Source: Bacillota bacterium
GTDB lineage: Bacteria > Bacillota_I > Bacilli_A > RF39 > UBA660
NCBI GenBank assembly: GCA_015059335.1
Contig: SVAP01000007.1
Coordinates: forward strand, 1,752-65,751
Direction of reading: 5' to 3'
DNA length: 64,000 nt
The translations under genes and the position numbers were made by a program. The notes below the pieces were generated by a model. The model did not search any database. It had not been told where the DNA came from and worked only from the letters and a program-made list of their open reading frames with translations. Position 1 is the first letter of the stretch. Every line of letters starts with the position of its first letter. Below are positions 36,364 to 44,923 of this stretch, in pieces.

Positions 36364-38019
36364 ATGAAAAAAAGTTCTTTTATAAATGGTGCGTTTATTG
36401 CAACACTTGCAATATTTATATCTAAATTTTTAGGTATCATATATGTAATACCTTTTTATCACATAATAGGTGAACAAAATGGTTCTTTATATGGATATGC
36501 ATATACCATTTATAATTTATTTCTATCTTTATCTACAATTGGTCTTCCTTCGGCTATGAGTAAAATAGTTAGTGAATATAATACTATTGGTTATTATTAT
36601 ACTAAAGAAAGAGCATACAAGATAGGAAATACTTTAGTAACTGTATTGGGTATTTTATCATTTATAATTCTATTTATTTTTGCTCCAAGTATCGCAAAAG
36701 CTATAATAGGGGATAATATTGGTGGTAATACAATAGAAGATATTACTTTTGTTGTTAGAATTATATCTACAGCTATTCTTTTTGTTCCAATATTAAGTAT
36801 GTCTAAAGGATATTTACAAGGACATAAATATATTGCGCCATCATCATTTAGTCAAATACTTGAACAAGTAATTAGAGTAACAGTAATACTTGTTGGTAGT
36901 TATACATTCTTAAATGTATTCCACTTAGGAATTACAAACGCAGTTGGTGTTGCAGTATTTGGCGCAACTGTTGGTGCGGTTGGTGCATTATGGTATGTGC
37001 TTCATAAAATTAAGAAAAATAAAAAACAACTTAATAGAAATGCTAAAATTTCTGAAGAAGAAAAAAATATATCAACTAAAGAAATAGTAAAAAAAATAAT
37101 AACTTATGCAATACCATTTGTGTTATTTGGAATTACAATTTCAGTATACGAATTTATTGATATGTTAACAATAATTAAGACTTTAACTAATTCATTAGGA
37201 TATACCATTAAAGATGCTGAAAGCATAATTGGTGTAATGAATACTTGGGGTAATAAACTTAATAGTATTGTTATAGCAATTTCAGTAGGACTTACTACAA
37301 GTTTAATACCAAGTATAACTAGTAGTTTTGTTGCTAATAAATTAGGAGATGTTAGAAAGAAAATTAATCAATCTCTACAAGTTTTATTATATGTTGCTTT
37401 ACCAATAACATTTGGATTAAGTTTTTTAGCGACACCAGTATTTAACGCTTTTTACGGAGTAAATACATGGGGACCTATAGTATTTAAATACACAATATTT
37501 ATTGCTTTAGCAAATTGCTTATTTAATATAACTGTTGTAATGACGCAATCAATTAATAGATATAAAACAGTATTTATAAGTTTGGTTTGTGGAATACTTT
37601 TTAAATTAATATTTAATATACCACTTATGATTTTAACTAGTAAATTAGGAATGCAAGGATTCTATGGTTCAATAACTGCAACATTATTAGGTCTTGGTAT
37701 TACAATTATTATCAATTTAATTTCTCTAAAAAAATATGTGAAAGTAGATTATAAATCAACAATACAAGAATTATCTAAGATGATTATAGGATTAGTTATA
37801 ATGTTTTTAGTATTACTAATAATAAAATTTATAATTCCGTTATATAATTCATCTAGAATAATATCTATCTTAATTGTAATTTTATATGCTGCAATAGGAT
37901 CTATAATATATATTACATTCACATATAAGACAAAAGTAATAGATAATATATTTGGTAAAAATTTTATTAATAATTTATTAATAAAATTTAAAATACGACA
38001 AAAAAACAATAATAATTAG
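36364..38019 (+). CDS. MOP-superfamily flippase (SpoVB/MurJ/YtgP-like)
   Basis: About 14 TM helices. FINGAFIATLAIFISKFLGIIYVIPF N-terminus is typical of SpoVB/YtgP. Confidence 0.8.
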   Translation: MKKSSFINGAFIATLAIFISKFLGIIYVIPFYHIIGEQNGSLYGYAYTIYNLFLSLSTIGLPSAMSKIVSEYNTIGYYYTKERAYKIGNTLVTVLGILSFIILFIFAPSIAKAIIGDNIGGNTIEDITFVVRIISTAILFVPILSMSKGYLQGHKYIAPSSFSQILEQVIRVTVILVGSYTFLNVFHLGITNAVGVAVFGATVGAVGALWYVLHKIKKNKKQLNRNAKISEEEKNISTKEIVKKIITYAIPFVLFGITISVYEFIDMLTIIKTLTNSLGYTIKDAESIIGVMNTWGNKLNSIVIAISVGLTTSLIPSITSSFVANKLGDVRKKINQSLQVLLYVALPITFGLSFLATPVFNAFYGVNTWGPIVFKYTIFIALANCLFNITVVMTQSINRYKTVFISLVCGILFKLIFNIPLMILTSKLGMQGFYGSITATLLGLGITIIINLISLKKYVKVDYKSTIQELSKMIIGLVIMFLVLLIIKFIIPLYNSSRIISILIVILYAAIGSIIYITFTYKTKVIDNIFGKNFINNLLIKFKIRQKNNNN

Positions 38020-38045
38020 TATAAAATTCTCATAGGTGATTACTT

Positions 38046-38474
38046 ATGAGAATTTATTATATTTTTAACATTAAAGAACCATTATACAACTTATATTATA
38101 AAAAAGAATATGTGTTATACGATGTGTTAGAAGAATTATATAAATTAAACAAGAAAGATTTAGTGTTGGGTTATAAGTTTTTTAATGAATTTGCGTTACC
38201 ATTTAATAAATTACAAATAAATACATATATTTATAATAAAGAAAAGGATAATATTACATATATTAAGAATTTGAACAATCATATAATAAATGATAGATTT
38301 AATAATGAAAATAGTATATTAACTGTATTTAATTCACATCTATTACTTAAGACTAATAAAGATATATCAAAATTTTTAAAAATACTTAATGGATATAATT
38401 CAAATTTATTTATATGTGATTTTAATAATCATGATTATTTTTGGTTAAGTAATATTGTAAAAGTGCTTGTATAA
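38046..38474 (+). CDS. Hypothetical protein, possibly SirA (YneE)-like
   Basis: 142 aa, directly upstream of a yneF homologue, as yneE(sirA)-yneF is arranged in B. subtilis. Sequence resemblance is weak. Confidence 0.4.
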   Translation: MRIYYIFNIKEPLYNLYYKKEYVLYDVLEELYKLNKKDLVLGYKFFNEFALPFNKLQINTYIYNKEKDNITYIKNLNNHIINDRFNNENSILTVFNSHLLLKTNKDISKFLKILNGYNSNLFICDFNNHDYFWLSNIVKVLV

Positions 38475-38514
38475 GTTAATAATTTTTAGTAAAATTAGAT
38501 TGGAGGTAATTATT

Positions 38515-38724
38515 ATGTGGATTGATATTTTACAAGTAGCGATAGGATTAATAATAGGTTTAGTAGCTGGATTTTTTATTTCACAATATGTAACTAAAAG
38601 ATATATGAAAAAAAATCCACCTATTAATGAAGAAATGATAAAAGCAATGATGACGGGGATGGGGAGAAAACCTTCTCAAAAACAAGTTAATCAAATGATG
38701 AAATCAATGAATAAATATTTATAA
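38515..38724 (+). CDS. yneF: UPF0154 membrane protein YneF
   Basis: Single N-terminal TM helix plus NPPINEEMIKAMMTGMGRKPSQKQVNQMMKSM. RBS GGAGG. The track ORF opens at 38467. Confidence 0.8.
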   Translation: MWIDILQVAIGLIIGLVAGFFISQYVTKRYMKKNPPINEEMIKAMMTGMGRKPSQKQVNQMMKSMNKYL

Positions 38725-38755
38725 TATCTATTCATTTTTTTAGTTAGGAGTATTT

Positions 38756-39415
38756 ATGAAAAAAAGAGTAGGTTTAATTTTGAGACCAGATATAAATGGT
38801 ACAAACAAAGATATATTTGAAATATATGATAATTTTAGAAGAATAATTATAGATAATAATTGTATACCTATAGGAATTATCCCTAATATATTAGATATAA
38901 ATAATAAATTAAAAGAAGAAGAAATTAATGAATTAATTAACGAAATAAAAAGATGTGATGGTATAATTTGTCAAGGCGGGGATGATTTCTATGACTATGA
39001 TAAAGTAATAGTTAAATACGCTATAGAAAATGATATACCTATTCTTGGTATATGTTTGGGAATGCAATTAATGTCATCTGTATATGAAGATAATATTACA
39101 TTATTAGATAATACTTATCATAATCATAAAGACTGTAATCATGATATTGTAATTAGTAAAAATTCAAAATTATATGATATTATAAAAAAAGAAAAACTTA
39201 ATGTTAATTCATTTCATAAAGAGCATGTATTAAATTCTGGAATATATGAAATAAACGCTTATAGTGATGATGGAGTAATTGAAGGAATAGAATATAATAA
39301 CAATAATTTTAATATTGGAGTACAATGGCATCCAGAAAGAGATATGGAAAAAGATTATAATAAAAAATTATTTGAAGCTTATTTTGAAGCAATTCAAAAG
39401 AGGAATATAGATTAA
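38756..39415 (+). CDS. Class I glutamine amidotransferase / peptidase C26 (gamma-glutamyl hydrolase-like)
   Basis: GICLGMQL nucleophile elbow and VQWHPE His block. Confidence 0.8.
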   Translation: MKKRVGLILRPDINGTNKDIFEIYDNFRRIIIDNNCIPIGIIPNILDINNKLKEEEINELINEIKRCDGIICQGGDDFYDYDKVIVKYAIENDIPILGICLGMQLMSSVYEDNITLLDNTYHNHKDCNHDIVISKNSKLYDIIKKEKLNVNSFHKEHVLNSGIYEINAYSDDGVIEGIEYNNNNFNIGVQWHPERDMEKDYNKKLFEAYFEAIQKRNID

Positions 39416-39427
39416 TATTCCTCTTTT
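39398..39427. terminator. Bidirectional terminator between convergent genes
   Basis: 11-bp stem AAGAGGAATAT/ATATTCCTCTT (39398-39408 / 39415-39425). Confidence 0.65.
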
Positions 39428-39428
39428 A

Positions 39429-41033
39429 CTATTTAGATATATATTTTTGATTACTAGCATTAATTGATTTTTTATTAGTATACTCAATTAAATTTGAGTT
39501 TAATAATGGTTTTATAATATTTACTGAAATATAACTTCTTGACTTAATTCCCAAATATTCTCTAATTTCTTTTGAGCTTCTAGGTTCTCTACAATATTCA
39601 ATAATTTTTTGTCTATGATATTTGATTTGTTTATATGTTGAAATTTTGCTGACTTGTTCACTGACTTGTTCACCGACTTGTTCACCGACTTGTTCACTGA
39701 CTTGTTCACTGACTTGTTCACCGACTTGTTCACCGACTTGTTCACCAACTTGTTCACTAACATGTGAACAACTACTATTATTATTTATGTTATTTTTAAA
39801 AATCACTTTAAAACAATTACGTTCTTCAATAAACTCTGGTTCTGGCAAACCCAATTTTTTCAATTCTCGTTTCATTGTAGGAATGCCGGTATGTCTATTT
39901 TCTACTAAAGTATTACTTTCTTCTAATATTTTCAGGATAGTCTTATTTCTAATTTGTAACATCTTAGTTGTTCCAAGCTCTTCAATCTTATTTGTCCCAT
40001 ATAAACATCCAGGACTCAATATTTCAATTCTATCATCATACATATAAACTTGTATATATGCACCTTCAGTTTGGACACTATAGTCTCTATGTATTAATGC
40101 ATTAGCGATTGCTTCTCTTAGTGCTTCCATAGGATATTCATTAACGTCTTGTCTTATTCCCGTTTTTGGATTGATTATAACTCTTGTTTTCATATTTTTT
40201 CTTATAAATGATAATGTTCCATGCAACATTTGTTCAATAGTACCTTCAATTCTTTTATTATCATCGAAACGTTGACCTAATATTCCTCTATCGCCTAAAT
40301 TTTTGCCTGGTATGACACAACATGCAATAAATAATTGAGGGAAATATTCTTGAGGATATTCTCCAAACAACATCATTCCAGCTAAAGTAGGGTAAATTTT
40401 TTTACCACATACATCTATTATTCCTGACATTTTCAATATTTTTTTAAAATCATTTTTCGAAAAATTTGGTTTGTTTTCTTTGATCATCTTTACATATTGT
40501 TTTAAATCTTCTTCTTTCAAGTCAGTTATTGATGCTCTTTTAATTACTCTAAGATCTTCAGATATATTATCATTATAACTTTGTAATGAATATAACTCAT
40601 AATCAGTCATTACATCGTCTCGATCACCAACTCTTATATATGAACCTTTAAACATTCCTTTTGGTTTATAATAACACGGTTTCTTATTTTGGGGTATCTC
40701 ATTAATTTTAACAGCTAATATTTTCTTATATTCAAATTCAACTGTTAAAAAATATGGATGTATTTTTGGTTCCATTGAATCATTACACAATGCACTAATT
40801 TGTTTTTGCAAATCATATATATCATAGACACCTTCTGTTTTAAAATTATCATTTTCATTTAATCCGAAAATAATAATCCCGCCATATCTATTTGAGAAAC
40901 TCGAAATAGTATCATAACATTTTTTAGGAAAACCATTTTTTGCGCTTTTAGCTTCTATTGTATTAGTTTCTGTATGAAACATTCTTAATTTATTAATTGA
41001 ATTAATTACTTCTTCTTTAGTAATATAAAACAC
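39429..41033 (-). CDS. AlbA_2 (Schlafen-like) plus HATPase_c_4 'RecG-like' putative DNA-binding regulator with a C-terminal wHTH
   Basis: N-terminus TNTIEAKSAKNGFP...FSNRYGGIIIFGLNE (AlbA_2). Middle REAIANALIHRDY (HATPase_c_4). Repeat linker, then IIEYCREPRSSKEIREYLG (wHTH). The start is ambiguous because GTG 41033 lies within its own SD. Confidence 0.75.
   Translation of the reverse strand: MFYITKEEVINSINKLRMFHTETNTIEAKSAKNGFPKKCYDTISSFSNRYGGIIIFGLNENDNFKTEGVYDIYDLQKQISALCNDSMEPKIHPYFLTVEFEYKKILAVKINEIPQNKKPCYYKPKGMFKGSYIRVGDRDDVMTDYELYSLQSYNDNISEDLRVIKRASITDLKEEDLKQYVKMIKENKPNFSKNDFKKILKMSGIIDVCGKKIYPTLAGMMLFGEYPQEYFPQLFIACCVIPGKNLGDRGILGQRFDDNKRIEGTIEQMLHGTLSFIRKNMKTRVIINPKTGIRQDVNEYPMEALREAIANALIHRDYSVQTEGAYIQVYMYDDRIEILSPGCLYGTNKIEELGTTKMLQIRNKTILKILEESNTLVENRHTGIPTMKRELKKLGLPEPEFIEERNCFKVIFKNNINNNSSCSHVSEQVGEQVGEQVGEQVSEQVSEQVGEQVGEQVSEQVSKISTYKQIKYHRQKIIEYCREPRSSKEIREYLGIKSRSYISVNIIKPLLNSNLIEYTNKKSINASNQKYISK
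39651..39758 (-). repeat. 9 tandem copies of a 12-bp unit (GACTTGTTCAC[C/T] on the + strand), in frame
   Basis: Read directly: 39651-39758 is nine head-to-tail 12-mers differing only at the last base (first base too in the last unit). They encode SEQV/GEQV x9. Confidence 0.95.
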
Positions 41034-41092
41034 CTCCTATATTTTAAATATACTTTTTATTTCAAAAATACTTTTTTTGAAATAAAATATTT

Positions 41093-41115
41093 AAAAAAAA
41101 GAGGATTTTCCTCTT
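41093..41115 (-). terminator. Rho-independent terminator (minus strand) after the transglutaminase-like gene
   Basis: AAGAGGA/TCCTCTT stem (41099-41105 / 41109-41115), with a T-run on the minus strand (A-run 41093-41098). Confidence 0.7.
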
Positions 41116-42029
41116 TAATTTGCTTCAACAAATACATTTTTATCATAATTATGTTGTACGGTTTTATCTTGTTCAATCATAGTTTTTGAATCTATTAGAA
41201 AATAATTGTCATTTAATATATCTTCACCAGTATCAGTTACTGGGTCATCAAACGTTAAATCTAAATTTAACCATTCATTATTAAATAATACTAAATTCCA
41301 AATATGTTTATCGCTAGATACTTTTATATTTTGGATTCCCATTTTATTTAGGAATAATGCCATTGCATCTGTATAACCACTACAAATACCGTATCCATCT
41401 ATTAAAACACCGTATGCATTATTTGAATTATTTTTAGTAACTCCAGTTATTTTTTCGGTATCATATTTAGTATTATTAATAATATAATCATGTATTGTTT
41501 TAATTTTCTCTTTTATTGTCATACTTTCGTATATATTATTTTCAATAATTTGATTTACTTTTTTATCTAATGTTTCTATCATTTCTTTATTATATAGTTT
41601 ATGTGATACTAACGTTACTTCACCACTTGTTGTATAATTTGTTTCAATGGTTTGAAAAGAATTAAATGGGTGAACAAAATTATTTATATTTGATAGTAAT
41701 ACATTATCATTTGTAATACTTATTACATCATCTATACACGAATCATATTCTTTTGGACAATAAAATGTAAATGTATCCCAACCTGAATTAAGAAATGTAT
41801 ATACAATATTCATAATATCTTGTTTTTCACTTGGAATAAATTTGTTAGTGTTTTGAACAAAAGAATAGTCAGATGCAAAAATTTTATATTCATTATCCTT
41901 TGGGATTTTCACTTGCTTTATTGTAGTTTTTTTAGCAGGTTCAGTAAATATTTCAATAATGTCATCCTTAAAATAAAATACTCCAAATATCATTGCAAAA
42001 ACAATTATTATTTTAACACTAATTTTCAT
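41115..42029 (-). CDS. Membrane-anchored transglutaminase-like cysteine protease superfamily protein
   Basis: N-terminal TM helix. Cys-His-Asp core: GYGICSGYTDAMALF ... HIWNLV ... LDLTFDDP. Confidence 0.75.
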   Translation of the reverse strand: MKISVKIIIVFAMIFGVFYFKDDIIEIFTEPAKKTTIKQVKIPKDNEYKIFASDYSFVQNTNKFIPSEKQDIMNIVYTFLNSGWDTFTFYCPKEYDSCIDDVISITNDNVLLSNINNFVHPFNSFQTIETNYTTSGEVTLVSHKLYNKEMIETLDKKVNQIIENNIYESMTIKEKIKTIHDYIINNTKYDTEKITGVTKNNSNNAYGVLIDGYGICSGYTDAMALFLNKMGIQNIKVSSDKHIWNLVLFNNEWLNLDLTFDDPVTDTGEDILNDNYFLIDSKTMIEQDKTVQHNYDKNVFVEAN

Positions 42030-42060
42030 ATAACCACCAATATATATTTTAACATATAAT

Positions 42061-42093
42061 AAAAAAAAATAAAGTAATTAAAATCAATTACTT
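42061..42093 (-). terminator. rpsT terminator (minus strand)
   Basis: AAGTAATT/AATTACTT stem (42072-42079 / 42086-42093), followed on the minus strand by T9. Confidence 0.6.
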
Positions 42094-42342
42094 CATTTCG
42101 TTTACTTTTTTTGTTAAACGTGATTTTTGTCTAGCAGCATAATTTTTATGAACTAAACCTTTTGATACAGCTTTATCTATTTTTTGAATAGCAATATTTA
42201 ATTTTTCTGCTGCAACTGTTTTTTCAGTAGCTTTCTCAACGTTTTTAATTGCTGTTCTCATACTTGATCTAAAATCATTATTATTAACTTTTTTCTTTGC
42301 AATTACTTTAACACGTTTTTTTGCACTCTTAATATTTGGCAT
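42088..42342 (-). CDS. rpsT: 30S ribosomal protein S20
   Basis: MPNIKSAKKRVK... is the S20 N-terminus. 84 aa. RBS AGGAGG. Confidence 0.95.
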   Translation of the reverse strand: MPNIKSAKKRVKVIAKKKVNNNDFRSSMRTAIKNVEKATEKTVAAEKLNIAIQKIDKAVSKGLVHKNYAARQKSRLTKKVNEMK

Positions 42343-42549
42343 AGTAATCCTCCTTTTTATAAGTCAATATAAATTTTAACAAAATATATTAAAAATTGCA
42401 ACATTTTTTCACTTTTAATACAAAAAATAAAGGCACATGAAATAAATCATGTACCAATCTCTAGAAAATAATCATCTCACACTATTATATTATGTAATAT
42501 TTTGTATATTATTCATAAATTTTCAACAAAATAATATTAGGTGATAATA

Positions 42550-43590
42550 ATGGGTAAAATAGATATGTCAAAATATCAAATAAGAACTGATTTAGTACTT
42601 GACGAATTAGATATTGTAAATGATGATACTATAAAAATTGATAAAAGAAAAATAGATGATATTACTGTGACAGATGTATTGGTTAAAGATGAATTTGAAA
42701 ATATACTTAGAAAGAAAAAGGGTAGATATATAACAATTGAATATGAAGATGTTACTGATTATAATAATAGGAATAAAGTTATAAAAGTATTTAGTGATGA
42801 ATTAGGAAAGTTATTAGATAATTTAAATATAAATAATAATGATGAATGTTTGGTAATTGGTTTAGGAAATGAAAAATCCACACCTGATGCACTAGGTCCT
42901 AAAACAATAGATAATATATTAGTAACAAAACATTTATTTCAATTAAAAGGCAATAAAGTAGAATCTGGTTTTAGATGTGTTTCAGCATTTAATCCAGGTG
43001 TAATGGGTGTGACAGGAATAGAAACTAGTGAGTTAATTAAAAGTCTAATACTGACTCTAAAACCTAAATTTATAATTGTAGTAGATGCTTTGGCGGCATC
43101 TTCTGTATCTAGAGTAAATAAAACTATACAAATGACTGATTCTGGAATACATCCAGGTAGTGGGATAGGTAATTCAAGAAAAGAAATTAGTAAAGAAGTA
43201 TTAGGTATACCAGTTATCGCAATTGGAATACCTACTGTTGTAGATGCAGTAACAATTGTTTCAGATACTATTCATTATATGATTAAACATTTTTCATATA
43301 TGGAAAAAAATATTAATAATCCATCAAATAGACTTGCAGTAAAAAAAGTTAATTATCTAAAAAAGAAAATAAACGAACTAAATGTCAATGATAAGAAAAA
43401 ATATATGGGATTACTTGGTGAATTGAATGAAGATGAAATACATTCTTTAATATATGAAGTATTATCACCAATCAATTATAATCTAATGGTAACACCTAAA
43501 GAAGTTGATTTTATAATAGATAAACAGTCTGAAGTGTTAAGTAGTGGAATAAATAGTGTTTTACATAAAAAAGTTAATTTAGAAAAATAG
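42550..43590 (+). CDS. gpr: Spore germination protease GPR
   Basis: YQIRTDLVLDE, GLGNEKSTPDALGP, VVDALAASSVSRVNKTIQMTDSGIHPGSGIGN, VIAIGIPTVVDA. Divergent from rpsT, as in B. subtilis. ATG 42550 follows AGGTGA. Confidence 0.9.
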   Translation: MGKIDMSKYQIRTDLVLDELDIVNDDTIKIDKRKIDDITVTDVLVKDEFENILRKKKGRYITIEYEDVTDYNNRNKVIKVFSDELGKLLDNLNINNNDECLVIGLGNEKSTPDALGPKTIDNILVTKHLFQLKGNKVESGFRCVSAFNPGVMGVTGIETSELIKSLILTLKPKFIIVVDALAASSVSRVNKTIQMTDSGIHPGSGIGNSRKEISKEVLGIPVIAIGIPTVVDAVTIVSDTIHYMIKHFSYMEKNINNPSNRLAVKKVNYLKKKINELNVNDKKKYMGLLGELNEDEIHSLIYEVLSPINYNLMVTPKEVDFIIDKQSEVLSSGINSVLHKKVNLEK

Positions 43591-43633
43591 TACAAATATC
43601 CAATATTTTACATATAATAAATTAGGTGATGTT

Positions 43634-44029
43634 ATGAAAAGTAAAGAAGAATTTAAATCTTTTGTTAAAAAACATCCTGAATTAATTAAATATGTAAAAT
43701 CTGGTGAAATGAATTGGCAAAAGTTTTATGAGTTATATTCTTTGTATGATGAGGATAATGAGGCATGGAGTGAATATATAGATAATCATAATGATAATCA
43801 TAATGATTATAAAAGTTCTACTAATTCATCATCAAATAGTTTTGGAATAAGCGATATAATGAATATGTTTAAAGGTATTAAACCTGAAGTATTGCAACAA
43901 AATATAACATCGATTCAAAAGTTTTTAGGATTTGTTAGTGATTTTGTTGGTGAAAAAACATCTACTAAAACTACAAGTAATAGGGGAATATATACACCAA
44001 GACCAACTAGAAAGATGTTTGATGATTAA
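43634..44029 (+). CDS. ylbD: YlbD-like putative spore coat protein
   Basis: EEFKSFVKKHPELIKYVKSGEMNWQKFYELY resembles the YlbD N-terminus. Followed by a ylbE-like gene. Confidence 0.6.
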   Translation: MKSKEEFKSFVKKHPELIKYVKSGEMNWQKFYELYSLYDEDNEAWSEYIDNHNDNHNDYKSSTNSSSNSFGISDIMNMFKGIKPEVLQQNITSIQKFLGFVSDFVGEKTSTKTTSNRGIYTPRPTRKMFDD

Positions 44030-44250
44030 TGAATTTAGACTTACAATTTAAAATTAAAAACAATCCAAATCTTCAGAGATACTTAAGAGAAAATTCTAAT
44101 TGGTATAAATATTTAAATAGAAATCCCGAGAGTTTAAATGCTTTTACTGAAGAAATGAAAGAAAGATATAAATTAAGACCAGGTGATAAAATTAATAATC
44201 TAGTTGATAAATTAGATTTAATATCATCATTTATAAATGTTTTAAAATAA
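44029..44250 (+). CDS. ylbE: YlbE-like protein
   Basis: 73 aa. NPNLQRYLRENSNWYKYLNRNPE block. ATG overlaps the ylbD stop. Confidence 0.55.
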   Translation: MNLDLQFKIKNNPNLQRYLRENSNWYKYLNRNPESLNAFTEEMKERYKLRPGDKINNLVDKLDLISSFINVLK

Positions 44251-44297
44251 ATCTGTTATGATTTATTTTTTTGTGCTATGATTATGTTGGTGATATT

Positions 44298-44843
44298 ATG
44301 CGTGTAATTAGTGGTGATTTAAAAGGTAGAAATATAAAAGGATTTACACTAGAAGGTACTAGACCAACTATGGATAGAGTAAAAGAAAGTATGTTTTCTA
44401 GTATTCAAACTATTATTCCTGATTCAATATTTTTAGATTTGTTCGCTGGTAGTGGTTCAATTGGAATAGAAGCAATAAGTAATGGTGCATCAAAAACTTA
44501 TTTTGTAGACAACAATAAACTTGCTATTCAAACCATTAGAGAAAATATTGAAACATTTAATATTAAAAATAAATCTGAAATAATAAAAATGGATTATAAT
44601 GACGCATTAAAGTGTTTTTATAATAATAATATTACTTTTGATGTTATTTTTATTGATCCACCATATGCAATGCATGTTATAAACGAAATACTAGATAAAA
44701 TTTCAAATTTTAAATTACTTAATAACGATGGTATTGTTATATGTGAGGTTGACACTAATTATTTAGATGAAAAAGTAGGAGATTTATCTATATATAAAAG
44801 TAAAAAGTATGGTTCATCATATCTATATTTTTACAAAAAATAA
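44298..44843 (+). CDS. rsmD: 16S rRNA (guanine966-N2)-methyltransferase RsmD (YlbH)
   Basis: MRVISGDLKGRNIK, DLFAGSGSIGIEA, IDPPY motifs. The track ORF opens at 44271. Confidence 0.85.
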   Translation: MRVISGDLKGRNIKGFTLEGTRPTMDRVKESMFSSIQTIIPDSIFLDLFAGSGSIGIEAISNGASKTYFVDNNKLAIQTIRENIETFNIKNKSEIIKMDYNDALKCFYNNNITFDVIFIDPPYAMHVINEILDKISNFKLLNNDGIVICEVDTNYLDEKVGDLSIYKSKKYGSSYLYFYKK

Positions 44844-44862
44844 AAATTGTTAAATCTATATA

Positions 44863-44891
44863 TTGATTATTTTATTTTTGTGTGTTATATT
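44863..44891 (+). promoter_or_regulatory. SigmaA promoter of the major pilin gene
   Basis: TTGATT (44863-44868), 17-nt spacer ending in TGT, TATATT (44886-44891). Confidence 0.55.
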
Positions 44892-44923
44892 TGTATTGTA
44901 AACAATATAGGAGGAGTTATATT

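Noticed and set aside
39651-39758. Possible CRISPR array suggested by the regular repeats.
   Set aside because: The units are 12 bp, directly abutting with no spacers, and in frame within a CDS. There are no cas genes. This is a coding minisatellite, not a CRISPR array.
39521-40047. ORFs 39521..39763 (-) and 39622..40047 (+), which translate the 12-bp repeat as VNKS x9 or TCS(L/P) x9.
   Set aside because: These are alternative frames of the same repeat inside the AlbA_2 gene. Only the SEQV/GEQV frame is continuous with conserved domains on both sides.
42432-42455. Imperfect hairpin GGCACATGA...TCATGTACC between the divergent rpsT and gpr genes.
   Set aside because: It has an internal C:A mismatch, no T-run, and lies between divergent promoters where a terminator has no obvious role. 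There is no support for an RNA element.
42504-42533. A forespore-type (sigmaF/G-like) promoter match upstream of gpr: GTATA-N18-CAAAATA.
   Set aside because: The -10 ends only ~17 nt before the ATG. The transcript would then start within or after the SD (AGGTGA 42538-42543). The match is also AT-rich and likely fortuitous.
43781-43807. A 12-bp direct duplication GATAATCATAAT x2.25, encoding DNHNDNHND in ylbD.
   Set aside because: It has only two copies in a low-complexity acidic/Asn-rich linker. Too small to interpret.
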